From assembly GCA_964549615.1 (NCBI GenBank), contig CAZJVP010000033.1:1-11215 (forward strand): a stretch of 11,215 nucleotides of DNA, read 5' to 3'. Positions 1 through 7,131 of this stretch are shown piece after piece. The notes under the pieces are model-generated. The model was not told the DNA's origin. It saw nothing but the letters and a program-made list of their open reading frames with translations, and ran no database searches. Positions within the stretch are counted from its first letter, which is position 1; each line of letters opens with the position of its first letter. The stretch is from an uncultured Thermococci archaeon (GTDB taxonomy: Archaea; CAYQAE01; CAYVLA01). The translations under genes were made by a program, and so were the position numbers.

Positions 1-164
1 CGGTCGAGAAAGTCTACGGCCACCTCACCATGGCCAGGGAGGACATCGCGAGGGTTCTCGGCACTAGGGTCAAGCGCGGGCTCATGACGCGGGAGGAAGC
101 GCTCGAAGTGGCAAGGAAGTGGTTCTACCAGAACCCCAAGCGGCTTTATAACCTGAAGGTCTGA
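1..164 (+). CDS. 3' end of an amidohydrolase-superfamily protein (amidohydrolase_2 / uronate-isomerase-like), truncated by the window edge
   Basis: Frame starting at nt 3 reads VEKVYGHLTMAREDIARVLGTRVKRGLMTREEALEVARKWFYQNPKRLYNLKV* (TGA at 162-164). The 'EEA..VA..WF..NP.RLY.L' ending is typical of amidohydrolase TIM-barrel C-termini. Not in the supplied ORF track. Confidence 0.7.
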   Translation, partial: VEKVYGHLTMAREDIARVLGTRVKRGLMTREEALEVARKWFYQNPKRLYNLKV

Positions 165-219
165 ACCCGAACACCGTCTCTGCTGGAACGAGGGGACGCC
201 CAAGAAGCGGTTTTGCCCG

Positions 220-1059
220 CTAGGTTCCCTGTATTGACCTTCCCCTCACGATCCTGAGCATGGCGATGTGGTCATCCATGCTCGGACACTCCGAGATGAT
301 GATGGATTGGGATAGACCCGTATCATGCAACGCGTCTAGGAGCGCTTCCAACCTCATATTCCCCCGCCCGTAGCCGAGGTGGCGCCTCTCGGCTCCTCCT
401 GAGAACTCCACCTCAGAGAACTGGTGCCGGGTCTTTGCGAGGCCCTCCCTGCCGAGCTTCTCCTCGACCTTGCACAGCAAGGCCAGATAGTCCTCTTTGC
501 CCCGAAGGCACCCGTCGCCCGTCGCCTGCACGTGGCCCCAGTCTATCATGGGAAACAGGATTGGCGAGGTCTCGCAGATCTCAAGTATATCCTCGAATCG
601 CCCCCCGAACTCGGCCCGGTTGCCCATGTTCTCCACCCCGACTATCACGTCGTCGATCCCGTTCCCCTCAAGCCTCTCCTCCAGCTCCCTACTCCTCTTC
701 TTGACGGCGGCCATGACCTGGGATCGGCTTCTGCCCATGTAGAACCCGGGGTGGACGGTGATCCCGTCGCCGTGCATGAGGTGGATTAGGTTCGCGGTGT
801 GGTGCATCATGGCTACCGCCATGACCGCCTTCTTTGGGTCATCCTGGCTCAGCACGCCGTAGAATGGTGCGTGCGCCCTCACGGCGATGTCGAGCTGAGC
901 AACGAGCCCCCTGCAGCGTGAAGCTTCTTCCTTGTCGATCCAGAACTCCTTCACGAAGTCGAACTCGCATGCGTCGAATCCAAGCCCATGCAGTGCTCTC
1001 AGGCCTTCCTGGAGCTCGCCCAGGTCGGGCAGTCCAGACGGCCCGAACCGAACCCTCAT
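220..1059 (-). CDS. nfo: Endonuclease IV-like AP endonuclease (AP_endonuc_2 TIM barrel, archaeal type)
   Basis: N-terminal RFGPSG and metal-ligand motifs HAPFY, TVHPG, VENMG, IDWGH, ERRH and ISECP match archaeal endonuclease IV. Start is ATG 1059 (MRVRFG) or ATG 1074; 1059 fits the promoter spacing better. Confidence 0.85.
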   Translation of the reverse strand: MRVRFGPSGLPDLGELQEGLRALHGLGFDACEFDFVKEFWIDKEEASRCRGLVAQLDIAVRAHAPFYGVLSQDDPKKAVMAVAMMHHTANLIHLMHGDGITVHPGFYMGRSRSQVMAAVKKRSRELEERLEGNGIDDVIVGVENMGNRAEFGGRFEDILEICETSPILFPMIDWGHVQATGDGCLRGKEDYLALLCKVEEKLGREGLAKTRHQFSEVEFSGGAERRHLGYGRGNMRLEALLDALHDTGLSQSIIISECPSMDDHIAMLRIVRGRSIQGT

Positions 1060-1086
1060 TCCGAACTCCGCCATCCCAAGGAATCC

Positions 1087-1094
1087 CTTAAGTA
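1087..1094. promoter_or_regulatory. Putative bidirectional archaeal TATA-like box (CTTAAG palindrome) between nfo and udg
   Basis: CCTTAAGTATTT is the only AT-rich patch in the short spacer. The CTTAAG centre lies about 31 nt from both the nfo ATG (1059) and the udg TTG (1121). No Shine-Dalgarno is visible on either side. Confidence 0.5.
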
Positions 1095-1120
1095 TTTCCT
1101 AGGCGAGACGAGGCTCCGTA

Positions 1121-1669
1121 TTGAACGACCCGCTGGAGGCGCTGGCAGAGGAGATCAGGCGCTGCAAGCTCTGCCCCCTTTCCCAGACTAGGAGGAACGC
1201 GGTCCCGGGCGAGGGACCATCCTCGGCAAGGTGCATGTTCATTGGGGAAAGTCCGGGCGCCGAAGAAGATATGACCGGGAGGCCGTTCGTCGGCAGATCG
1301 GGCAGGCTTCTCGATTCTGTCCTGGCCTCCGCTGGACTGAGACGGGAAAGCCTCTTCATCACCGGGTCTGTGAAATGCCACCCGCCCCGCAACAGGGAAC
1401 CGAGGGCGCGTGAGCTCTCTGCTTGCAAGCCTTACCTGCAGAGGCAGATCGACATAATCAGGCCGTACATCATCGTCCTTCTGGGGAGAGTTGCGGTCAA
1501 GGGCTTCATGGGCGATGTCGCACTTGAGCAGGTCAGAGGCCGCGTCTTTTCGCGGCCCGGCGGCCTGATTCTTCCCACCTACCATCCCGCGGCTGCCATG
1601 CGTTTCCCCGCAAGGCGAGAGCCCTTCATCGAGGACATCGCCACGCTTTCTTCGTTGCTCAAGCAGTAG
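1121..1669 (+). CDS. udg: Uracil-DNA glycosylase, family 4 (4Fe-4S type)
   Basis: CKLC...VKC...SAC cysteine set, motif A GESPG, EED..G.PFVG.SG, PP.NR.P, LLG..A and motif B TYHPAA. TTG start. Confidence 0.93.
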   Translation: MNDPLEALAEEIRRCKLCPLSQTRRNAVPGEGPSSARCMFIGESPGAEEDMTGRPFVGRSGRLLDSVLASAGLRRESLFITGSVKCHPPRNREPRARELSACKPYLQRQIDIIRPYIIVLLGRVAVKGFMGDVALEQVRGRVFSRPGGLILPTYHPAAAMRFPARREPFIEDIATLSSLLKQ

Positions 1670-1707
1670 CCACCTTCTGTTAGTCTCCCCCGGCATCGCA
1701 GAACCGC

Positions 1708-2565
1708 CTACTTGAAGCTTGGGATAACCCCTTGCGCGAACATGGCAAGCATCTCAAGGATCTCGGCCGCTGACTCGGATTCGAACCTCGGCATGAGCTG
1801 CGTGGCCCCGGCGTCCTCATACGACTCCACAATGCGGATGCACCGCTGCGGGTTCTCAAGCGAACGCTTGGTGAACTGGTGATTGCATGAGATGCCGATC
1901 CTTTCCTTGCGCCCCAGTGCCCTCGCCATGTCGGCGATCCGCCCAGCCTTGGCTTCCAACGCCTCCGGCTCGATCGCCCCCATGGGAATCCATCCATCGC
2001 CAAGGCGGGCGACCCGGCGTAGGGCCGCGTCGCTGTTGCCGCCGACCCAGATCGGTATCGTGCCCTTGACCGGCTTGGGCTCGAAAAGCATGGGGGGTAC
2101 CTGCACGAACCTGCCCGAATGCCCCTCGCCCCGCCAGGCGCCTCGGAGAACCTCGATGTATTCATCCGCGATCTTTCCCCTCTCGCGAAACGGGACCCCG
2201 GATGCATCCAGCTCCTCGCGCATCCAACCTATCCCTATTCCGAGCTCAAGCCTTCCGCCCGACAAGACGTCCACGCTCGCGGTTGCCCTCGCCAACAGCA
2301 AGGGGTTCCTGGCCGGCAGGATGATCACGGACGTTCCGAGACGTACTCGATGCGTCAGCGCCGCGACGTATGAGAGCGAAGCCAACGGCTCGAATGCCGT
2401 CGGATCCCTCCGGCTCCAGGATTGGTTCGGCGGCATCGGCACCAGCAAGCGCTCCGCGGCCCACACGGAGGAAAAACCAAGCTCATCGGCCGCGGTGGCA
2501 AACCTAATGATGTTCTCAACGCGGGCAAGGTGCCCGAAGGTTGGAAGCACGACGCCAAAATCCAT
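1708..2565 (-). CDS. LLM-class (luciferase-like) flavin/F420-dependent oxidoreductase
   Basis: MDFGVVLP, ADELGFSSVW, LSYVAALT.RVRLGTSV, DVLSGGRL.LGIG.GW..EE, PKP...IPIWVGG.S.AALRRVAR.GDGW are typical of putative F420-dependent LLM enzymes. Confidence 0.9.
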   Translation of the reverse strand: MDFGVVLPTFGHLARVENIIRFATAADELGFSSVWAAERLLVPMPPNQSWSRRDPTAFEPLASLSYVAALTHRVRLGTSVIILPARNPLLLARATASVDVLSGGRLELGIGIGWMREELDASGVPFRERGKIADEYIEVLRGAWRGEGHSGRFVQVPPMLFEPKPVKGTIPIWVGGNSDAALRRVARLGDGWIPMGAIEPEALEAKAGRIADMARALGRKERIGISCNHQFTKRSLENPQRCIRIVESYEDAGATQLMPRFESESAAEILEMLAMFAQGVIPSFK

Positions 2566-2586
2566 AAAGAAACCAAGACGTCCTCC

Positions 2587-2593
2587 AATTAAT
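2587..2593 (-). promoter_or_regulatory. Possible TATA-like box (ATTAATT) for the LLM gene
   Basis: AT-only heptamer directly after the fucK stop and 22-28 nt upstream of the LLM ATG. GGAGG at 2586-2582 is about 16 nt from the ATG, too far for a normal SD. Confidence 0.3.
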
Positions 2594-4102
2594 CTATTGC
2601 GAAGGGAGGTAGAAACCCTTCAGCCGAGGCCCCAGTCGCACGTATTTTTGGTAAGCCAAGACATACTGGCGCGACGCGTCGCCCGGTCGCACCGTCGTGA
2701 TCTCCATCTCGATGCTCCTCATGGCCGATTCAGGGGAGTCGAACCTTCCAAGCCCTGCGAACCCGACCATGGCCGCGCCGAGAACTGTGGCCTGCCTCTG
2801 AGAGGTCACGCTCACCGGCAGGCCGGTCACGTCCGCCCTGATCTGGTTCCAGAGCTCATTCTTCGATCCGCCCCCAACGACCCTTAAGCCTTTTGGCCTG
2901 ATGCCCGTCGAGGCCGAGAGGATCTCGAGCGCTTGCCGCAGTTGGAAGGAGAGACCCTCAAGCGCCGCCCTGTACACCTCCGCCCTTCCCGTGTTCAGGC
3001 CCAGGCCAAGGATGGTCCCCTTCGTGCCGAACTGACGCATGGGCCCGCTGTCGCTCACGAAGCTCGGTATCACCGTCACCCCCCTCGAGCCCGGAGGAAC
3101 CTCGCGTCCGGCGCGTTCGAGGGCATCGTAGTCAGTTTGCGCCACGTCGCTGAAGAAGCGTGACCGAATCCACTCGAGCACTCCTGACCCCATCATGAGG
3201 ATCTGCGGATCCCAGAGGCCCCTCGCGGCATCCGCTTCGAAGATGACGCCTCCACGGAAGCCCTCCCTTGTGGGCCTGAACGAATCTGCCCTGAAAGCGA
3301 GGATCTCCCAGGTTCCGCTGGAAAGTATGGCCTCTTCGGCCATCGCCCCCGACCCGATCAGAGCAAACTGGGTGTCATGGCCCCCTGCAAGTATGGGAGT
3401 TCCTGATGGTATGCCCGTTGCCCGCTCCGCCTCCTTGGTGACGTTTCCCACGACCGACCCCGGTTCGCGCCATTCGGGAAAGAAGCTCGGATCCAACCCG
3501 GCCAGCCCGAGCAGCTTCGACGACCAGTCCCTCTTGGACAGATCCATCGCCATCATCGTCGAGGCGCTTGTGGGGTCGATGTGCTGCTCGGCCCCCAGCT
3601 TGAGCGACACCAAGCCGGGCATCATCAGCCAGCGGTTGCCCGGTTTGATCGCCTCCGGGCAATTCTCCCGAAGCCACATCAGCTTAAGCAGGGTGTTGAT
3701 CGACATCACCTGGTACCCGGAGATCCTGAAGATGGTCCAGGGTGACAATAGCTCGCAGATTCGGCGTGCAAGCTCGGCTGTCCGATTGCACTGCCAAGAG
3801 ATGACAGGATAGGCCAAGGCACCGTCCCGATCGACGGGTGCGCCATCCGCGCCCCAGGTCGCGACGATGACGCCTGCCAGCTCCGAGGCCTTGATCTTGG
3901 CGACCACCTGCCGCGTTACGTCGCACAGCTTCTCCCATATGCGCTCGAACGGCCAGATGCGCAGCCCGGGCGCGCCGGGTTGGTCAACAGTCTCATTGGT
4001 TGAGCTTGACTGGGCCAGAAGCCTTCCGTCGCATCCGACGGCGATGGCCCTTAGGGTCGTTGCCCCACAGTCGAGGACGATGATCGCGTCGACCCCTGAC
4101 AA
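2594..4102 (-). CDS. fucK: FGGY-family carbohydrate kinase, L-fuculokinase-like
   Basis: IIVLDCGAT..RAIAV, YPVISWQC.RT, SINTLLKL.WL.EN.P, GGHDTQFAL.GSGA, LSSGTWEIL and VVGGGSKN.LWNQIRAD closely follow FucK as I recall it. True start is probably TTG 4102; the ORF-track extension to 4213 does not look like FGGY sequence. Confidence 0.85.
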   Translation of the reverse strand: MSGVDAIIVLDCGATTLRAIAVGCDGRLLAQSSSTNETVDQPGAPGLRIWPFERIWEKLCDVTRQVVAKIKASELAGVIVATWGADGAPVDRDGALAYPVISWQCNRTAELARRICELLSPWTIFRISGYQVMSINTLLKLMWLRENCPEAIKPGNRWLMMPGLVSLKLGAEQHIDPTSASTMMAMDLSKRDWSSKLLGLAGLDPSFFPEWREPGSVVGNVTKEAERATGIPSGTPILAGGHDTQFALIGSGAMAEEAILSSGTWEILAFRADSFRPTREGFRGGVIFEADAARGLWDPQILMMGSGVLEWIRSRFFSDVAQTDYDALERAGREVPPGSRGVTVIPSFVSDSGPMRQFGTKGTILGLGLNTGRAEVYRAALEGLSFQLRQALEILSASTGIRPKGLRVVGGGSKNELWNQIRADVTGLPVSVTSQRQATVLGAAMVGFAGLGRFDSPESAMRSIEMEITTVRPGDASRQYVLAYQKYVRLGPRLKGFYLPSQ

Positions 4103-4360
4103 GGTGCTTGCGGCTCCAAATCCGTGGCTCTTTAGTGTTAGCGCGGAAAGCGGGAAGCAGGCCTGTGTCGCCGGTGGCCCGCAGGCAGTGCGAGATGCGT
4201 TCCAAGCCTTCATCGTTGAACGTCTACCCTCCCCTGCTCCGGCAAGGGCCTCACGAAAAATCTCGGATGCACCCTACGAAGCGTTCGGATATACTAGAGA
4301 CGGTTCTGGAAGGGCGTCGGCGGCGGCTAGGATGCCACAGAATCCCGGCCCGGTTCCAAG

Positions 4361-4368
4361 TTTTTCAA
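4361..4368 (+). promoter_or_regulatory. Putative TATA-like box TTTTTCAA
   Basis: 23 nt before GTG 4392. An identical octamer lies at 6095-6102, 23 nt before TTG 6126. Confidence 0.35.
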
Positions 4369-4391
4369 TTCCATCCCCCTTTGATGCGGGC

Positions 4392-4751
4392 GTGAGGAAC
4401 GACCTCTTCCTTTTCGTCCTGATCGTCGTTCTGCGCCTAGCCGACGGTCTGACGAGCTACCTTCCGGCGAACGGACACATCCCGGGCCTCATGGAAGGCA
4501 ACCCGATCGCGTTGCTTGCCATCGAGAAATGGGGCTTCTACCAAGCCTTCGTGATCATGCTTCTTGCCTCGATCGGCTTCACGGTTGCATTCCTCGTAGC
4601 GACCTACCTAGAGGAGATCAGATCCAAGAGTCGAGTCGACTACGTCAGCGTCATGAGGATACGAAGGTTCAGGCTGGCCGGCCTCATTTGCCTAGCGGCC
4701 ATCTCGGCTGCGCCGCTGCTTAACAATCTAGCAGTTGCGGTGGGCCTCTAG
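4392..4751 (+). CDS. Small multi-pass membrane protein, DUF5658-like
   Basis: From GTG 4392: MRNDLFLFVLIVVLRLADGLTSY...MEGNPIA...; three hydrophobic segments, a 'D.LT(S/T)...E.NP' motif and a C-terminal NN. The upstream part of ORF 3867..4751 overlaps fucK antisense and is judged spurious. Confidence 0.65.
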   Translation: MRNDLFLFVLIVVLRLADGLTSYLPANGHIPGLMEGNPIALLAIEKWGFYQAFVIMLLASIGFTVAFLVATYLEEIRSKSRVDYVSVMRIRRFRLAGLICLAAISAAPLLNNLAVAVGL

Positions 4752-4954
4752 GTCGGCCTCGGCGATGCAATCCGCATGGTCTTGACCTCGCACTTGCTGC
4801 TTGGAGAGCCCCGGTTGCAAGGGGGACGCGCTGGTCGGGCAGCTCGCAGGTCAGCCGAGCATCCGCTACGAGGCGCGACGGGCAGGGACGGGCACATGGG
4901 GAAGATTTTTCCGCAGGCGTCTTGCCGAGCAGCGGGCAGGATAAGATGGATGCC

Positions 4955-6034
4955 ATGACCCCGCGCGAGCGGTTCCTCAGGGTCTTCCATTTCAGGGATG
5001 TGGACCGCGTGCCGGACTGCGAGTTCGGCTACTGGGCCGAGACCCTTTCCAGGTGGCACAACGAAGGCCTGCCGTTATGGGTGACGGATGACCACAAGGC
5101 CGACCTTTTCTTCGGCTTCGAAGAACGGGAGATCGTGCCTGTCCACGTGCCATTCCGTCCGTTCAAACACGAGGTCCTAAGCGAGGATGACCGGACCGAG
5201 ACCGTGCGGGACAGCGGCGGCGTGGTCCAGAGACGGTGGAAGAGCGGCGTGTCCAACTCCATACCCCACTACATAGATTTCCCGGTGAAGGATCGGGACA
5301 CATGGGAAGATTTCAGGGACCGCTTTGACCTAGAGAACATATCCCATCCACACAACTGGGACGAGTTAAGGGAGAGATGGAAGGAGAGCGAGAGGCCCGT
5401 TGGAGTCAACGGCGGAGGGTTCTTCGGGTGGATCAGGGGAATGATGGGGGTCAAGGCCACGGTCAAGACCTTTTACTCCGACCCTGACCTGATCAAGGAG
5501 ATGATGGACTTCCGGGCCGAGATGACCCTGCGGGCGCTAGAGAGGCCCCTCAGAGAGGTCAAGCTTGACTTCTCAAGCTGGTGGGAGGACATGTGCTACA
5601 ACAGCGGGCCGCTGATCTCGCCCAAGCTCTTCGAGGAGTTCATGGTGCCGCAGTACAAGAAGATAACCGGCCCCCTAGCCGAGAAGGGCGTGGACATCAA
5701 CATCCTGGACTGCGATGGCAACATCACCAAGCTGGTGGGGCTGTGGTTGGACGCGGGGATAAACTGCATGTTCCCGCTGGAGATCAGGGGCGGAACCGAC
5801 CCCGCCAAGCTTAGAGAGACCTACGGAAGGAGGGTGCTATTGATGGGAGGAGTTGACAAGGTGCCTCTGGCCCGCGGACCCAAGGCGATAGACGCCGAGA
5901 TCGAGAGGGTCAAGCCGCTGGTCGAGGCAGGTGGATATGTCCCCCATGTTGACCACAGGGTGCCCGCCGACGTGAGTTATGAGAACTACCTCTACTACGT
6001 CAAGAAGAAGAGACAGATGCTGTCTGAATGCTAG
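4955..6034 (+). CDS. Uroporphyrinogen-decarboxylase (URO-D)/methyltransferase-like TIM-barrel protein, paralog 1
   Basis: MTPRERF...DRVP, DPDLI.EMMD, EDM.Y.SGPLISP..F.EF..P.YK, DCDG, GG.DK, GGY.P..DH.VP. Lacks the RQAGR motif of true HemE. Start ATG 4955 (aligns with paralog 2) or 4946. Confidence 0.88.
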   Translation: MTPRERFLRVFHFRDVDRVPDCEFGYWAETLSRWHNEGLPLWVTDDHKADLFFGFEEREIVPVHVPFRPFKHEVLSEDDRTETVRDSGGVVQRRWKSGVSNSIPHYIDFPVKDRDTWEDFRDRFDLENISHPHNWDELRERWKESERPVGVNGGGFFGWIRGMMGVKATVKTFYSDPDLIKEMMDFRAEMTLRALERPLREVKLDFSSWWEDMCYNSGPLISPKLFEEFMVPQYKKITGPLAEKGVDINILDCDGNITKLVGLWLDAGINCMFPLEIRGGTDPAKLRETYGRRVLLMGGVDKVPLARGPKAIDAEIERVKPLVEAGGYVPHVDHRVPADVSYENYLYYVKKKRQMLSEC

Positions 6035-6094
6035 GTCGGAGCCTTCAGCCTGAGACTCCTTGAAGCCGGGACCCTGAATCACGCACCCTTTTCA

Positions 6095-6102
6095 TTTTTC
6101 AA
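6095..6102 (+). promoter_or_regulatory. Putative TATA-like box TTTTTCAA, or T-tract terminator of the upstream gene
   Basis: Part of the T-rich run TTTTCATTTTTCAA (6089-6102) between URO-D paralog 1 and the oxidoreductase; same octamer as 4361-4368. Confidence 0.35.
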
Positions 6103-6134
6103 CGCCACGACGCTCTAGTCACCGGTTGCTTCTT

Positions 6135-7127
6135 ATGACCAAGCAAGTTGGATTTGCCATCATAGGGCTGGGCATGGGAGCCAATCGAGCGAAGCTCGCC
6201 GCAAGCACGCCTGGGTCCAAGCTCGTCTGCGTCTGTGACCTGGTTGAGGAGAAGGCCAAGGCCATAGCAGCCCAATACGGATGCGACTACACTACCGACA
6301 TGGAGAAAGTGTTCGAGAGGGACGACGTGGACGTCGTTGGGGTGATGACCCCAAGCGGCACACATGCCGATATTGCGATCAGGGCGGTGAAGGCCGGCAA
6401 GAACGTCTTCACCACGAAGCCCATGGACATCAAGGTCGAGAAGTGCGATGCACTGATCGCGGCGGCCAAGAAGGCCGGCGTGATCCTCGCCGTCGATTTC
6501 GACTGCAGATACCTAGAGCCCTACAGGAGGCTCGCCAAGTTCATCTCCGAGGGCGGCCTTGGGAAGCTGATACTTGCGGATCTGCAGATGAAGTGGTACA
6601 GGGACCAAGCCTACTACGATGGTGGCTTCCCGCCCGGATGGCGGAAGGACCTCCGCTACGAGGGCGGCTCACTCGCGAACCAGGGCGTGCACTCCCTCGA
6701 CCTTCTCCTGTGGTGGGTCGGGCCCGTGAAGGAGGTCTACGGCCGCTCCGGAACCCTTGGCCACAACATCAAGACCGAAGACATCAGCGTCGCAATACTC
6801 ACATTCAAGAACGGGGCATGGGGGGTCATCGAAACCACCACCTGCAGCTACCCGGACCTTGGCACGGTGCTGGAGATCACCGGCCAGAATGGGACCGCAA
6901 TCTGCAGAGGCGGCGTGGAAATGCTGAAGGTAAAGGACAAGCCGGATCTCACGTTCGACTCGTTGCCCCCGCAGCCAGGCCCCAGTAACATAATAGAGGA
7001 TATGGTTTCAGCCGTCACGAAGGGAACCCCGGTCGCCGTCGACGGCAAGGAAGGCCGAAAGTCGGTACAGCTCTTCAATGCCGTCTACGAGTCATCACGG
7101 ACGGGGAAGCCGGTCCGGATAAGATAA
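6135..7127 (+). CDS. Gfo/Idh/MocA family NAD(P)-dependent oxidoreductase
   Basis: Rossmann FAIIGLGMG, VCD, DVDVV...TPSG.H, AGK.V..(T)KP, G.LGK, WR......GGSL.NQGVH..DLL.W, ED....L.F.NGA.G. Start ATG 6135 or TTG 6126. Confidence 0.92.
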   Translation: MTKQVGFAIIGLGMGANRAKLAASTPGSKLVCVCDLVEEKAKAIAAQYGCDYTTDMEKVFERDDVDVVGVMTPSGTHADIAIRAVKAGKNVFTTKPMDIKVEKCDALIAAAKKAGVILAVDFDCRYLEPYRRLAKFISEGGLGKLILADLQMKWYRDQAYYDGGFPPGWRKDLRYEGGSLANQGVHSLDLLLWWVGPVKEVYGRSGTLGHNIKTEDISVAILTFKNGAWGVIETTTCSYPDLGTVLEITGQNGTAICRGGVEMLKVKDKPDLTFDSLPPQPGPSNIIEDMVSAVTKGTPVAVDGKEGRKSVQLFNAVYESSRTGKPVRIR

Positions 7128-7131
7128 TTAC

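Noticed and set aside
1088-1696. 202-aa and 109-aa minus-strand ORFs over udg
   Set aside because: Fully antisense to a clear UDG; no recognisable features.
1883-2887. 334-aa plus-strand ORF antisense to the LLM gene and the fucK 3' end
   Set aside because: Ser/Pro/Arg-rich with no motifs; a typical antisense shadow of GC-rich coding genes.
4103-4213. 37-aa N-terminal extension of fucK
   Set aside because: FGGY homology begins at IIVLDCG; TTG 4102 gives a normal length.
4110-4360. Possible tRNA or riboswitch in the fucK upstream spacer
   Set aside because: No cloverleaf or T-loop consensus, and no recognisable aptamer by eye.
3867-4391. N-terminal 175 aa of the 294-aa ORF
   Set aside because: Overlaps fucK antisense and the spacer, and is low-complexity; only the part from GTG 4392 looks like protein.
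4955-6034. Calling the URO-D-like genes hemE
   Set aside because: No RQAGR motif and no tetrapyrrole pathway neighbours; the same applies to 10089-11177.
6281-6988. 235-aa alternative-frame ORF within the oxidoreductase
   Set aside because: Arg/Gly/His-rich off-frame product of third-position GC bias; the main frame is intact, so there is no frameshift evidence.
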